Source: Dickeya solani IPO 2222
GTDB taxonomy: Bacteria > Pseudomonadota > Gammaproteobacteria > Enterobacterales > Enterobacteriaceae
Assembly (NCBI RefSeq): GCF_001644705.1
Contig: NZ_CP015137.1
Span: 2,040,001 to 2,072,000, forward strand
DNA: 32,000 nucleotides
Direction of reading: 5' to 3'
A program made the translations under genes and the position numbers. Shown one piece after another: positions 22,939 to 31,866 of this stretch. Under the pieces are notes generated by a model. It saw only the letters and a program-made list of their open reading frames with translations. It did not search any database and was not told the DNA's origin. Numbering within the stretch: position 1 is the stretch's first letter; each line of letters opens with the position of its first letter.

Positions 22939-22946
22939 TTTTGTAC

Positions 22947-22974
22947 TTTACTTGCGTCGCGCCAGCAGTATGAT
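22947..22974 (+). promoter_or_regulatory. Candidate sigma70 promoter for the yshB-like ORF
   Basis: TTTACT (22947-22952), a 16-nt spacer and TATGAT (22969-22974) lie about 27 nt upstream of the ORF's ATG. Confidence 0.4.
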
Positions 22975-23000
22975 CGTGTCGCTGACTGGAGAGGGTAACC

Positions 23001-23123
23001 ATGCTGGAATCCATTTTTTCTGCCGTGACGCACGGCGCTGAAATCAGCAGTGCGGTGGGTCATTCATCGCAAACTGCGATTGCAGCCGTATTGTGCGCGG
23101 CACTGATCAATTTCTTCAGCTAA
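23001..23123 (+). CDS. yshB: Small (40 aa) hydrophobic-tailed protein, YshB-like
   Basis: It is not in the ORF track because it is shorter than 60 aa. GGAGAGGG lies 5 nt upstream of the ATG. The translation is MLESIFSAVTHGAEISSAVGHSSQTAIAAVLCAALINFFS, followed by a strong terminator. It sits between glnG and hemN, where E. coli yshB lies, and shares the MLESI...AAVLCAA...FS pattern with YshB as recalled. Confidence 0.7.
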   Translation: MLESIFSAVTHGAEISSAVGHSSQTAIAAVLCAALINFFS

Positions 23124-23145
23124 ATCATCGCTGGCAAGAAACAGG

Positions 23146-23181
23146 AAAACCGCCAGTCATGTCGACTGGCGGTTTTCTTTT
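23146..23181. terminator. Bidirectional rho-independent terminator between yshB and hemN
   Basis: AAAACCGCCAGTC-ATGTC-GACTGGCGGTTTT is flanked by A-runs and T-runs on both sides and lies between two convergent genes. Confidence 0.88.
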
Positions 23182-23197
23182 ATCATTCCCGGTCGAC

Positions 23198-24571
23198 TCA
23201 GATGACCCGAGAGAACTGACGTTCACGCATCTTGCTACGCAGATACACGTCAAAACACATGCAGATATTGCGGATCAACAGACGCCCCTTGGGCGTCACC
23301 TGAATACGATCCGGCAGAATATCCACCAGCCCGTCCTGCGCCATTGGCGCCAGCAGCGCCAGGTCCTCACGGAAATATTCGCCAAACGGCAGATCATACG
23401 CCTGCTCAATCGCGGTGAACTCCAGCTGAAAATGACAGATCAGCGCCTTGATCACGTCACGGCGCAGACAATCATCCCGGGTTAGGGCCAAACCGCGCCA
23501 CAGCGCGTGACCGTGCTGTTCGACGTCAGCGTAGTACTGCTTCAGTTCTTTCTGGTTCTGGGCGTAGCTGTCGCCAATCATGCTGATGGCGGATACCCCC
23601 AGCCCCAGCAAATCGGTATCGCCCTGGGTAGTGTACCCCTGGAAATTACGATGCAGTTTTCCTTCGCGTTGCGCGACCGCCAGTTCGTCGTCCGGCCGGG
23701 CGAAATGATCCATACCGATGAACTGGTAACCCGCCGCGGTCAGGCTTTGAATGGTCTGCTGCAAGATCGCCAGCTTTTGCTCCGCATCCGGCAGATCGGC
23801 CTCTTTGATCTTGCGCTGGGCGGCAAACAGGCTGGGCAAATGCGCATAGTTGAATACACTAAGACGGTCCGGGCGCAGCTCCGCCACCCGCTGCAGGGTA
23901 AAGGCAAAGCTGTCCGGCGTCTGCTTTGGCAAACCGTAGATCAGGTCGATGTTGGTGGAGGCGAACCCCAGCGCTTTGGCCCGCTCGATCAGCGAAAAAA
24001 TAAAGGCTTCATCCTGCTCGCGATTGACCAGGCGCTGCACTTCTTTATTGAAGTCCTGCACCCCCATGCTGAGGCGATTGAATCCTTCGGCGCGCAAATG
24101 ATCAAGCACATCCAGTTCGATTTCCCGCGGGTCCACTTCCAGCGACATCTCAGCCTGTTCGGCAAAGTGAAAATGCTGGCGCAGCAGCCCCATCAGGCGG
24201 CTAATCTGTGTTTTGTTCAGAAAGGTCGGCGTGCCGCCGCCCCAATGCATCTGAGTGACAACACGGCCGGCAAACAATGGCGCACGCTGGCGGATTTCCA
24301 GCGCCAGCCGGTCAAGATACTCATCCGCCTTGTGTAACTGACGAGTCACCAACTTATTGCAGCCGCAGAAGTAGCACAAACGGTGGCAGAACGGGATATG
24401 CAGGTACAGCGACAGCGGCCGGTTAGGATAACGGGCCACTGCCTGAGCAAAAGCGGCGTTGTCATAGCTGTCGCTGAATTCCAACGCGGTAGGATAGGAA
24501 GTGTAGCGCGGTCCCGAATAATTGTATTTCTGGATCAGGGATAAATCCCAGTCTATGGTTTGTTCGGGCAT
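23198..24571 (-). CDS. hemN: Oxygen-independent coproporphyrinogen III dehydrogenase, radical SAM (457 aa)
   Basis: MPEQTIDWDLSLIQKYNYSGPRYTSYPTALEF..., HIPFCHRLCYFCGCN (CxxxCxxC) and the C-terminal RNICMCFD...FSRVI match E. coli HemN, with the same length. The start is ATG 24571 with GGAAGGAG upstream; the track ORF over-extends to 24682. Confidence 0.97.
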   Translation of the reverse strand: MPEQTIDWDLSLIQKYNYSGPRYTSYPTALEFSDSYDNAAFAQAVARYPNRPLSLYLHIPFCHRLCYFCGCNKLVTRQLHKADEYLDRLALEIRQRAPLFAGRVVTQMHWGGGTPTFLNKTQISRLMGLLRQHFHFAEQAEMSLEVDPREIELDVLDHLRAEGFNRLSMGVQDFNKEVQRLVNREQDEAFIFSLIERAKALGFASTNIDLIYGLPKQTPDSFAFTLQRVAELRPDRLSVFNYAHLPSLFAAQRKIKEADLPDAEQKLAILQQTIQSLTAAGYQFIGMDHFARPDDELAVAQREGKLHRNFQGYTTQGDTDLLGLGVSAISMIGDSYAQNQKELKQYYADVEQHGHALWRGLALTRDDCLRRDVIKALICHFQLEFTAIEQAYDLPFGEYFREDLALLAPMAQDGLVDILPDRIQVTPKGRLLIRNICMCFDVYLRSKMRERQFSRVI

Positions 24572-24576
24572 GCTGC

Positions 24577-24753
24577 TCACTCCTTCCGGTAACCGGTCCT
24601 CGCCGCACAGCGCGGGGGCAGCTGACGCTGCCCGGCCAGTACGGCACGCTGTAATCTGTCTTTCCGTTTCGACAGGCACCATAGTTTAACCAACAGGCCG
24701 CCTAAAAAACACAGAACCAGTAAAGTTATCAACAGAAACAGCGCTTTCAGCAT
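24577..24753 (-). CDS. Candidate 58-aa single-pass membrane protein (unnamed)
   Basis: It is not in the ORF track. Its ATG shares one base with the yihI TGA (TGATG), and its TGA lies within the hemN SD (GGAAGGAGTGA). The translation is [58 protein letters not shown]: a hydrophobic N-terminal helix followed by a basic tail. It uses nine CTG Leu codons. It has no SD of its own and contains some rare codons. Confidence 0.4.
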   Translation of the reverse strand: MLKALFLLITLLVLCFLGGLLVKLWCLSKRKDRLQRAVLAGQRQLPPRCAARTGYRKE

Positions 24754-25286
24754 CAATAGCCGTCTTTCGGATTACTGCGGCGGAGCAGTTGCAGCATGTC
24801 TTCTTCCTGCTCTTCGTCTTCCTCGTCATCGTCCAGACTGATGCCCAATTGCTCCATCAGAATATCGATACGATCCAGCGTCTCATCCAACCAGGACTGT
24901 TCTTTGGCCGACAGCGTTTCGCCTTTCTCCAGACGATCCAGCAATGCATCAAGACGCGGATCATTCTCCAGCATTTCCAACTCTTCCTGCAGCGACAGGC
25001 GAACGGGTTTCTCTGCCGTCGGCACTGGCGCTTTCACCGTTACGGCCGCACCTTCCGGCAGCAACGACACCTGCTTTTTGCTGCCAATGCGCGGGTCTTT
25101 CAGCTTGTCGGAAGCGGCGTTTTGCTGACGGTCGCCGGACGCCTGGGTACGGCTTCCCGCAACATGACCACGGTGCTTTTTCTGGCGTTTGCGTTCGCGA
25201 GCTTCCAGATCCAGCTGCTCACGGCTTTTTCTTTTGATCTTCGGTGCGGCGGCTTTGCGTCCCGCCTCTTTTGATGGTTGTTTCAT
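24753..25286 (-). CDS. yihI: Der GTPase-activating protein YihI (177 aa)
   Basis: A basic N-terminus ([29 protein letters not shown]), DPRIGSK and an acidic C-terminus ([17 protein letters not shown]...[12 protein letters not shown]) are collinear with E. coli YihI. The start is ATG 25286. Confidence 0.9.
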   Translation of the reverse strand: MKQPSKEAGRKAAAPKIKRKSREQLDLEARERKRQKKHRGHVAGSRTQASGDRQQNAASDKLKDPRIGSKKQVSLLPEGAAVTVKAPVPTAEKPVRLSLQEELEMLENDPRLDALLDRLEKGETLSAKEQSWLDETLDRIDILMEQLGISLDDDEEDEEQEEDMLQLLRRSNPKDGY

Positions 25287-25510
25287 AGCATCAATCTCGG
25301 GTTCAGATGAGCGAATATAAGGAGAATTGCGGCGGAATCTAGCAGAAAGCATACCAATAAAAAAGTGCTCAAAGGGCTCTGTGCTGGTTTTATTTTTTTC
25401 AGTCTGTTAAGACGGTAACACCCCGACAAAAACAGATAAACACCGCCTTTCTTATCGGTTGCAGGTATAATCAGCCACATAAAACCGTGATCCAGACAGA
25501 GACGCAAACT

Positions 25511-26155
25511 GTGACCCAACAATACAACTACCATGTGACCCATTTCGTCACCAGCGCGCCGGACATTCGTCATCTTCCTGCCGACAGCGGTATTGAAGTC
25601 GCTTTTGCCGGCCGCTCCAACGCGGGCAAATCCAGCGCGCTCAATACGTTGACCAACCAGAAAAGTCTGGCCAGGACCAGTAAGACACCGGGCCGGACCC
25701 AGCTTATCAACCTGTTTGAAGTGGCCGATGGTGTACGTCTGGTCGACTTGCCTGGTTATGGTTATGCCGAAGTGCCGGAAGAGATGAAACGCAAATGGCA
25801 GCGTGCACTTGGCGAATACCTGCAAAAACGTAACTGCCTGAAAGGGCTGGTGGTATTGATGGATATCCGTCATCCGCTCAAGGATCTGGACCAGCAAATG
25901 CTGGAGTGGGCCGTTGGTGTCGGTTTACCGGTGCTGGTGCTGCTGACCAAAGCCGACAAGCTGGCTCAGGGTGCCCGCAAATCCCAGTTGAACATGGTGC
26001 GAGAAGCGGTGTTGCCGTTTATGGGAGATATTCAGGTTGAAGCATTTTCTTCGCTGAAAAAAACCGGTGTAGATAAATTACGTCAAAAATTAGATAGCTG
26101 GTTCAGTACGTTACCATCAGCAGAGTTGCAATCTCAGCCAGAATCCGACCAGTAA
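25511..26155 (+). CDS. engB: Ribosome biogenesis GTP-binding protein EngB/YsxC (214 aa)
   Basis: [61 protein letters not shown] is nearly identical to E. coli YihA. GTG 25511 ([13 protein letters not shown]) parallels the E. coli N-terminus. The alternative start is GTG 25487, used by the track. Confidence 0.93.
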   Translation: MTQQYNYHVTHFVTSAPDIRHLPADSGIEVAFAGRSNAGKSSALNTLTNQKSLARTSKTPGRTQLINLFEVADGVRLVDLPGYGYAEVPEEMKRKWQRALGEYLQKRNCLKGLVVLMDIRHPLKDLDQQMLEWAVGVGLPVLVLLTKADKLAQGARKSQLNMVREAVLPFMGDIQVEAFSSLKKTGVDKLRQKLDSWFSTLPSAELQSQPESDQ

Positions 26156-26261
26156 TACATCGGTCAATCCTTCCAGACAGAATCACCATTCCGATGACTA
26201 CCGGCTGGTTACTCCGCCGGTAACATAAGTTTTCGTTATCCTGTGAATCGGCTATTCAAAC

Positions 26262-26372
26262 AATAAAAAACGCCCCGGTCAGAAACCCGACCGGGGCGGC
26301 TAACATTCAGCCAAATCCGATTACGTGAAGTAAAAGGTCTGAAAGATAGAACATCTTACCTCTGTACCCTAC
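26262..26372 (-). ncRNA. spf: Spot 42 small regulatory RNA
   Basis: The minus strand reads GTAGGGTACAGAGGTAAGATGTTCTATCTTTCAGACCTTTTACTTCACGTAATCGGATTTGGCTGAAT...GCCGCCCCGGTCGGGTTTCTGACCGGGGCGTTTTTTATTG. The first roughly 70 nt are essentially identical to E. coli Spot 42 as recalled, and it ends in a terminator hairpin plus U-tract. It lies downstream of polA, as in E. coli. Confidence 0.93.
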
Positions 26373-26613
26373 GCGTTTAACTCTACCCCATTTCCTTTCT
26401 GGAAAAAAGGTTTTTTTGTTGTTTAATTTCATGAAAATCGGTGATGAATTAAACAAACCCAAACCGGGTCACACAATCCTGTAGTTTAATTACAGGATTG
26501 CTTAGGATTCAGCTGAAAAAACCAACAGAAAAAAGAAAGGCGATATTTCTTATGGCATTCATAGCAAAAATCCGCATAACACCCAGCCTGACCGGTTTCT
26601 TTCTCCAGACAGC

Positions 26614-29448
26614 TTAATGGGCCTGATCCCAGTTACTGCCGGTGCCGATATCCACCTGCAAAGGCACATCCAGCTGCATGCAGCCTTCCATCAGACGGCG
26701 TATTTTCGCGCTGGCTTCATCCAGTACGGAGTGGTGCACTTCAAACACCAGTTCATCGTGTACCTGCATCAGCATCGTCACCAACGGCTTTTCCTGCTGC
26801 AGCCAGGCATCAATGGCGATCATCGCTTTTTTGATGATGTCCGCCGCGGTACCTTGCATCGGCGCGTTAATAGCCGCCCGCTCCGCTGCCTTGCGGCTAT
26901 TGGCGTTACGGGAATGAATATCCGGCAAATAGAGGCGTCGGCCATCCAGCGTGGACACATATCCTTGATCCGCTGCCTGCTGACGAGTGCGTTCCATGTA
27001 CTCCTGCACGCCCGGGTAACGTTCAAAATAGAGATTCATGTATTTCTGAGCTTCGTTACGCGGAATAGCCAGTTGGCGAGACAAGCCAAACGCACTCATG
27101 CCGTAAATCAAACCAAAGTTGATGGCTTTGGCGCTGCGGCGTTGTTCGGTGGTCACTCTGTCGAGCGGCAAACCGAATACTTCGGCGGCGGTGGCGCGGT
27201 GAATATCCAGACCGTGGGAAAAGGCCCTCAACAATCCGGCATCCCGAGACAGATGCGCCATGATACGTAATTCGATTTGCGAGTAGTCCGCCGCCAGAAT
27301 GCGGTATCCCTCTGGTGCAATGAACGCCTGACGGATACGCCGCCCTTCTTCATTACGCACCGGAATATTCTGCAGGTTAGGATCGCTGGAGGAAAGACGA
27401 CCGGTTGCTGTTACCGCCTGATGATAGGAGGTGTGCACCCGCTTGGTCAGCGGATTGATCATCTGCGGCAGTTTATCTGTGTAAGTGGATTTCAGCTTCG
27501 CCAGCCCGCGATGCTCCAGAATCAACTTAGGCAGCGGATAATCCAGCGCCAGCTCGGCCAGCACTTCTTCGTTAGTAGAAGGGGCGCCCTTTGGGGTTTT
27601 TTTGATGATCGGCAACTGCAGTTTCTCGTACAGAATGGCACCTAACTGCTTGGGAGAAGACAAATTAAACACTTCCCCTGCCAGTTCATGCGCCTGCACT
27701 TCCAGTTCCGCCAGACGTTGTGTCAGCTCCTGCGAATGCTCCGCCAGAATCGTGGTATCGATCAGCACTCCAGTGCGCTCTATACGCGACAACACCGGCA
27801 CCAGCGGCATATCGATATTCTGGAATACTTTACGCAGCTCCTGCTGCGGCTCCAGCTTCGCCCATAGCGTCTCATGCAGACGCAGCGTCACATCAGCGTC
27901 CTCAGCCGCATAGACCGATGCCTGCGCCAGCGGAATCTGATCGAACGTCAGCTGCTTCTTGCCCTTACCGGCAATCTCTTCAAACGTGATGGTCTTATGT
28001 TGCAGATAGCGCTCTGACAGGCTGTCCATGTCATGGCGGCCAGCCACACTGTCAATCACATAGGATTCCAGCATGGTATCAAAGGCAATGCCGCGCAGGT
28101 CGATACCGCAACGAGCCATCACGCCTTTATCGAATTTCAGGTTTTGCCCGATCTTGCGAATGCCTTCATCTTCCAGTAGCGGTTTCAGCAACGCCAGTAC
28201 CCGATCGCGATCCAACTGCGTGGACATTCTCGTCGCAGGCGATACCGTGCTGCTGTAAATATTACTGGAATACACTCTCGACGTAATATGACCTAATGGC
28301 AGATAAGCCGCTTCGCCCGGTTTAATCGCCAACGACACCCCCACCAGATTGGCGGTCAGGGTATCAAGACCATCGGTTTCGGTATCGAATGAGAACAGGG
28401 CGGCGGTTTTTATCCGCTCAAGCCAATCCAGCAGCACGTTCTCATCGAGAATGGTGACGTAACCATCCTGAGACAGCACGCTGGTCGCTTCTTTCGGTGT
28501 TGCTTCCACCGTCACTTTAACAAACGGCACCGCAGGCTGGTTCTTTCTGCCATTCTGCAACCACTTCCCGTCTTCCACATCCGCCAGCCAGCGTTTGAAC
28601 TCATAACGGGTGAACAATTCGCGCAGTTCCACCACGTCCAGCTCATTCACCGTCAGTTGTTCACAACCCAACTCCAGTTCAACATCCGTTTTTATCGTAG
28701 CCAGCTTATAGGAAAGGTAAGCCACCTCTTTATTCTGTTCCAGCTTGGCTGCCATAGTTTTGGCGCCCCGGAAGGTCAGGCCCGCAATCTTATCCAGGTC
28801 GGCGTACAAGACATCCAGCCCCCCCAGCCCTGCAAGTAACGCCTGTGCGGTTTTTTCACCCACACCCGGCACACCGGGAATGTTGTCGGAGGAATCCCCC
28901 ATCAGAGCCAGGAAATCAATGATCAGCGACGGCGGAATACCGTATTTAGCGCATACCTCATCCGGCCCCAGAATAGTGTTATTCATGGTGTTGATCAGCG
29001 TGATATTCGGCGTCACCAGCTGCGCCATGTCCTTGTCACCGGTGCTGATCAGAACCGGTTTACCCGCACGTTCCGCCTGCTGCGCCAGCGTTCCAATCAC
29101 GTCATCCGCCTCTACGCCGGACACGGAGAGCAACGGTAATCCCATCGCTTTTACCATGCGGTGTAACGGTTCAATCTGAGCACGCAGATCATCCGGCATC
29201 GGCGGTCGGTGAGATTTGTAGTGCTCAAACAAATCATCACGAAACGTCTTACCCTTCGCATCAAACACCACCGCGACATGACTGGGATGGTATTGCTGCA
29301 ACAAACTGCGCAGCATGTTGAGCACACCATACATCGCGCCGGTCGGTTCACCGGCACCGTTGGTCAGTGGGGGGAAGGCATGATAAGCGCGGTACAGGTA
29401 CGATGAACCGTCAACCAGAATGAGGGGGTTATCTGCTATTTGAACCAT
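26614..29448 (-). CDS. polA: DNA polymerase I (944 aa)
   Basis: [30 protein letters not shown]... (5' nuclease), FDTETD and QNLKFD (3'-5' exo), and [14 protein letters not shown] and QVHDELVFE (pol motifs) are collinear with E. coli PolA. The exception is a 16-aa excess in the exo domain (see findings). Confidence 0.97.
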   Translation of the reverse strand: MVQIADNPLILVDGSSYLYRAYHAFPPLTNGAGEPTGAMYGVLNMLRSLLQQYHPSHVAVVFDAKGKTFRDDLFEHYKSHRPPMPDDLRAQIEPLHRMVKAMGLPLLSVSGVEADDVIGTLAQQAERAGKPVLISTGDKDMAQLVTPNITLINTMNNTILGPDEVCAKYGIPPSLIIDFLALMGDSSDNIPGVPGVGEKTAQALLAGLGGLDVLYADLDKIAGLTFRGAKTMAAKLEQNKEVAYLSYKLATIKTDVELELGCEQLTVNELDVVELRELFTRYEFKRWLADVEDGKWLQNGRKNQPAVPFVKVTVEATPKEATSVLSQDGYVTILDENVLLDWLERIKTAALFSFDTETDGLDTLTANLVGVSLAIKPGEAAYLPLGHITSRVYSSNIYSSTVSPATRMSTQLDRDRVLALLKPLLEDEGIRKIGQNLKFDKGVMARCGIDLRGIAFDTMLESYVIDSVAGRHDMDSLSERYLQHKTITFEEIAGKGKKQLTFDQIPLAQASVYAAEDADVTLRLHETLWAKLEPQQELRKVFQNIDMPLVPVLSRIERTGVLIDTTILAEHSQELTQRLAELEVQAHELAGEVFNLSSPKQLGAILYEKLQLPIIKKTPKGAPSTNEEVLAELALDYPLPKLILEHRGLAKLKSTYTDKLPQMINPLTKRVHTSYHQAVTATGRLSSSDPNLQNIPVRNEEGRRIRQAFIAPEGYRILAADYSQIELRIMAHLSRDAGLLRAFSHGLDIHRATAAEVFGLPLDRVTTEQRRSAKAINFGLIYGMSAFGLSRQLAIPRNEAQKYMNLYFERYPGVQEYMERTRQQAADQGYVSTLDGRRLYLPDIHSRNANSRKAAERAAINAPMQGTAADIIKKAMIAIDAWLQQEKPLVTMLMQVHDELVFEVHHSVLDEASAKIRRLMEGCMQLDVPLQVDIGTGSNWDQAH

Positions 29449-29563
29449 GATATTTCGCGATCGTTGTTTTCTGACATGGAGTTAAGGATGCCATAGCTGG
29501 CAGTCAGAGACGAATATTAACGCTCGCTCATTACGCTTTTTGCACAATGCCTCGCAAAAAACC

Positions 29564-29572
29564 TGTGGATAA
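29564..29572 (-). promoter_or_regulatory. Consensus DnaA box in the polA upstream region
   Basis: The plus strand TGTGGATAA is a perfect TTATCCACA on the polA strand, about 116 nt upstream of the polA ATG. A DnaA box in the polA promoter is described for E. coli. Confidence 0.6.
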
Positions 29573-29770
29573 CTTTGTGCATAGAAATTAAAAAATAATT
29601 AACAGAGATATCGATATAAGTGGGGTTTATAAATAAACCATTATAAATCAATTAATTATTAGAAAAACATTGACATTACAGCTATATCAAGGCGTTGTTA
29701 TTGATGTGGATATATATGAAATCAAAATGTTTGGCAGTAAGCAGAAATGTCCAAACGTTACCATTAGCGC

Positions 29771-29808
29771 CAAAACAAAAACGCCACACGCGGTAAAACG
29801 TGTGGCGC
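29771..29808 (-). terminator. Rho-independent terminator of dsbA
   Basis: The minus strand has CGCCACACG-TTTTACCG-CGTGTGGCG followed by TTTTTGTTTTG, about 19 nt after the dsbA stop. Confidence 0.85.
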
Positions 29809-29826
29809 AGAGAAAAAGCAGAAAGC

Positions 29827-30450
29827 TTATTTCTGAGAGAGCAGGAATTTCACTACATCAGCATATTGTTTGACGTAGTTGTCCATAGAGCTGGTATCAA
29901 GCCCGTCGCTTTTTATCATGTACTTACCGTTCACGAATACGGCCGGGACACCGCGCAGTTGCAAGTCGGCAGCCGCTTTCTCTTGCTGCGCAACCAGCGA
30001 TTTCACCACGAAGCTATTCAGGGCGCTGTCATAATCTTCCGCTTTTACGCCAGCAGCCACAAAGACCTGACGAATATCTTCCGGTTTCTTCACGGTCTGA
30101 GTTTTCTGAACAGCATCAAACATCAGCGGGCTGACTTTGTCTTCCACACCCAGGGCAATCGCTACTGCCCAGGCCTGAGTCAGCTCCTTACCCAATTCTC
30201 CCAGAAAATCGACATGGTATTTGGTTAACTTGGCATCGGCCGGCAGCGCTTTCTGAATGGCGTCAGGAATATGGTAAACCTGAGCGAACTGGTAACAATG
30301 CGGGCAATAGAATGAGAAGAATTCCACCACCTGAGGGGATTGAGGAACCGGTTTATCCAGCGTGGCATACTGTTTGCCATCGGAAAAATCAGCTGCTGAC
30401 GCACTGAACGCCAACACCATGCCAGCCAGCGCAAGCCATATCTTCTTCAT
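29827..30450 (-). CDS. dsbA: Periplasmic thiol:disulfide oxidoreductase DsbA (207 aa)
   Basis: [19 protein letters not shown] (signal peptide), the [12 protein letters not shown] active site (CPHC) and [27 protein letters not shown] match E. coli DsbA. The start is ATG 30450. Confidence 0.96.
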   Translation of the reverse strand: MKKIWLALAGMVLAFSASAADFSDGKQYATLDKPVPQSPQVVEFFSFYCPHCYQFAQVYHIPDAIQKALPADAKLTKYHVDFLGELGKELTQAWAVAIALGVEDKVSPLMFDAVQKTQTVKKPEDIRQVFVAAGVKAEDYDSALNSFVVKSLVAQQEKAAADLQLRGVPAVFVNGKYMIKSDGLDTSSMDNYVKQYADVVKFLLSQK

Positions 30451-30473
30451 ATTCAATGTTATCTCCATAAGTG

Positions 30474-31460
30474 TCAGTACATCGGTGCCAGCTGCAACGG
30501 TGGTTCCTGCAACAGCCTTACCTGTTCAGTAAAAATAGTGGCCTGCTTTGCCCAGAAATCGGCTTCCTGCATCCATGGAAAACTACGAGGAAAAGCAGGG
30601 TCATGCCAACGACGGGCCACCCAGGCCAGATAGTGAACCATACGCATGGCGCGTAGCGGTTCGATCAATGCCAGTTCCGCTTCATCAAAAGAAGCAAACT
30701 CACTGTAGGCATCCAGCAAAATATCCAGCTGGATGCGCTGCTCCCGACGATCTCCATGTAACAACATCCAGAGATCCTGCACCGCTGGGCCATTACGCGC
30801 ATCGTCCAGATCGACAAACAAGGGGCCGTCGCGCCAAAGAATATTACCGGGATGGCAGTCGCCGTGCAGACGTCTGGCTTGCCAGCTCGTATTCCAGTGC
30901 AGTTTTACTTCATCAATCAGCCGGGTTGTCGCCGTCAGAAACGGCACTTTTTGCGCGACAGAAATCAGGGGACTGTCAGTTAACGTGGCCAGCGGGTCAT
31001 CAAGGTATTCTTGCAACCCGATAGTAGGGCGAGTTGAAAACAGATTTCGGCTACCGGTCTGATGAATTCTGCCCAAATAACGCCCAACCTCTTCCAGTTG
31101 ATCGTCATTGTCCATTTCATACTGACGCCCACCAACGCTGGGAAACACAGCAAACCAGAAACCATCATGCTCATGCAGCGTGTTACCCTGTAAGGCCAGT
31201 GGCGCCACCACCGGCACCTCATCATCGACCAACTCGGCCGCAAAATGATGCTCTTCGCTAATCTGGGCAGCATTCCAACGTTGCGGCCGATAAAACTTCA
31301 CCACATAGCGTTTACGTTCTTCATCACTGAACTGATAAACCCGATTTTCATAGCTATTAAGCGCTGTCAGGCCGGAATCGACACGAATGCCCACAGACCA
31401 GAGCGCATCCATGATGACATCCGGCGACAGAGTATGAAAATTGAATACGGAATCATGCAT
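30474..31460 (-). CDS. srkA: Stress response Ser/Thr protein kinase SrkA/YihE (328 aa)
   Basis: [57 protein letters not shown] and the C-terminal [12 protein letters not shown] are collinear with E. coli YihE, with the same length from ATG 31460. The alternative start is GTG 31469. Confidence 0.93.
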   Translation of the reverse strand: MHDSVFNFHTLSPDVIMDALWSVGIRVDSGLTALNSYENRVYQFSDEERKRYVVKFYRPQRWNAAQISEEHHFAAELVDDEVPVVAPLALQGNTLHEHDGFWFAVFPSVGGRQYEMDNDDQLEEVGRYLGRIHQTGSRNLFSTRPTIGLQEYLDDPLATLTDSPLISVAQKVPFLTATTRLIDEVKLHWNTSWQARRLHGDCHPGNILWRDGPLFVDLDDARNGPAVQDLWMLLHGDRREQRIQLDILLDAYSEFASFDEAELALIEPLRAMRMVHYLAWVARRWHDPAFPRSFPWMQEADFWAKQATIFTEQVRLLQEPPLQLAPMY

Positions 31461-31501
31461 GACAAGCACCGCTCCATCGCATCGGGCTATAAATGAAGCC
31501 G

Positions 31502-31771
31502 CTAATCCTTGATAACGCCACGGGCACGCAGTAATGCGGTTTTGAAATCTTCTTCATAATCTTTCTGCAAGCCAGGAATAGGCTGTGCGCTATCTGCGTC
31601 ACGCAATTTTAAATGATAAATAAGGATATCATCAGTCAAATCACTAAGCGCCCCCTCGAACCCGGCTTCCTGTGCAAGTTTTTGTAAAAATTGCACCAAA
31701 TTCAGATCCGGCTCTTTTTGCCAGGCCGGATGCAGCAGCTCAATCAATTCATTTACACGATGGCATTTCAT
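31502..31771 (-). CDS. yihD: DUF1040 protein YihD (89 aa)
   Basis: [33 protein letters not shown]...[19 protein letters not shown] matches E. coli YihD, with the same length. The track ORF over-extends to 31849. Confidence 0.92.
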   Translation of the reverse strand: MKCHRVNELIELLHPAWQKEPDLNLVQFLQKLAQEAGFEGALSDLTDDILIYHLKLRDADSAQPIPGLQKDYEEDFKTALLRARGVIKD

Positions 31772-31866
31772 TATCACTACCTCAAATATTAATGACCGTT
31801 TAACTAGTATGGGGAAAGGGCTTGGCCTCGCGCCATACTTTTCCGACAATAACGCATCAATTCATT

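Noticed and set aside
22809-23063. 84-aa minus-strand ORF and 60-aa plus-strand ORF (22859-23041) in the glnG-hemN spacer
   Set aside because: Both are read through the ERIC-like repeat and the yshB promoter and start region. Palindromic repeats commonly produce open frames on both strands. Neither has an SD.
25287-25486. Searched for a CsrC homologue at the E. coli-syntenic engB-yihI position
   Set aside because: The spacer is shorter than CsrC itself, has only two GGA motifs and has no terminator hairpin. This is reported as an absence only.
26156-26261. Possible engB terminator ACCGGC-N9-GCCGGT and small ORFs in the engB-spf spacer
   Set aside because: The 6-bp stem has a 9-nt loop and no adjacent U-tract. 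The ORFs (17 codons or fewer) lack SD sequences.
29670-29873. 67-aa plus-strand ORF with a TTG start in the polA-dsbA spacer, running into dsbA in antisense
   Set aside because: It starts in extremely A/T-rich DNA without an SD, crosses the dsbA terminator hairpin and overlaps the dsbA 3' end in antisense. Its composition is not protein-like.
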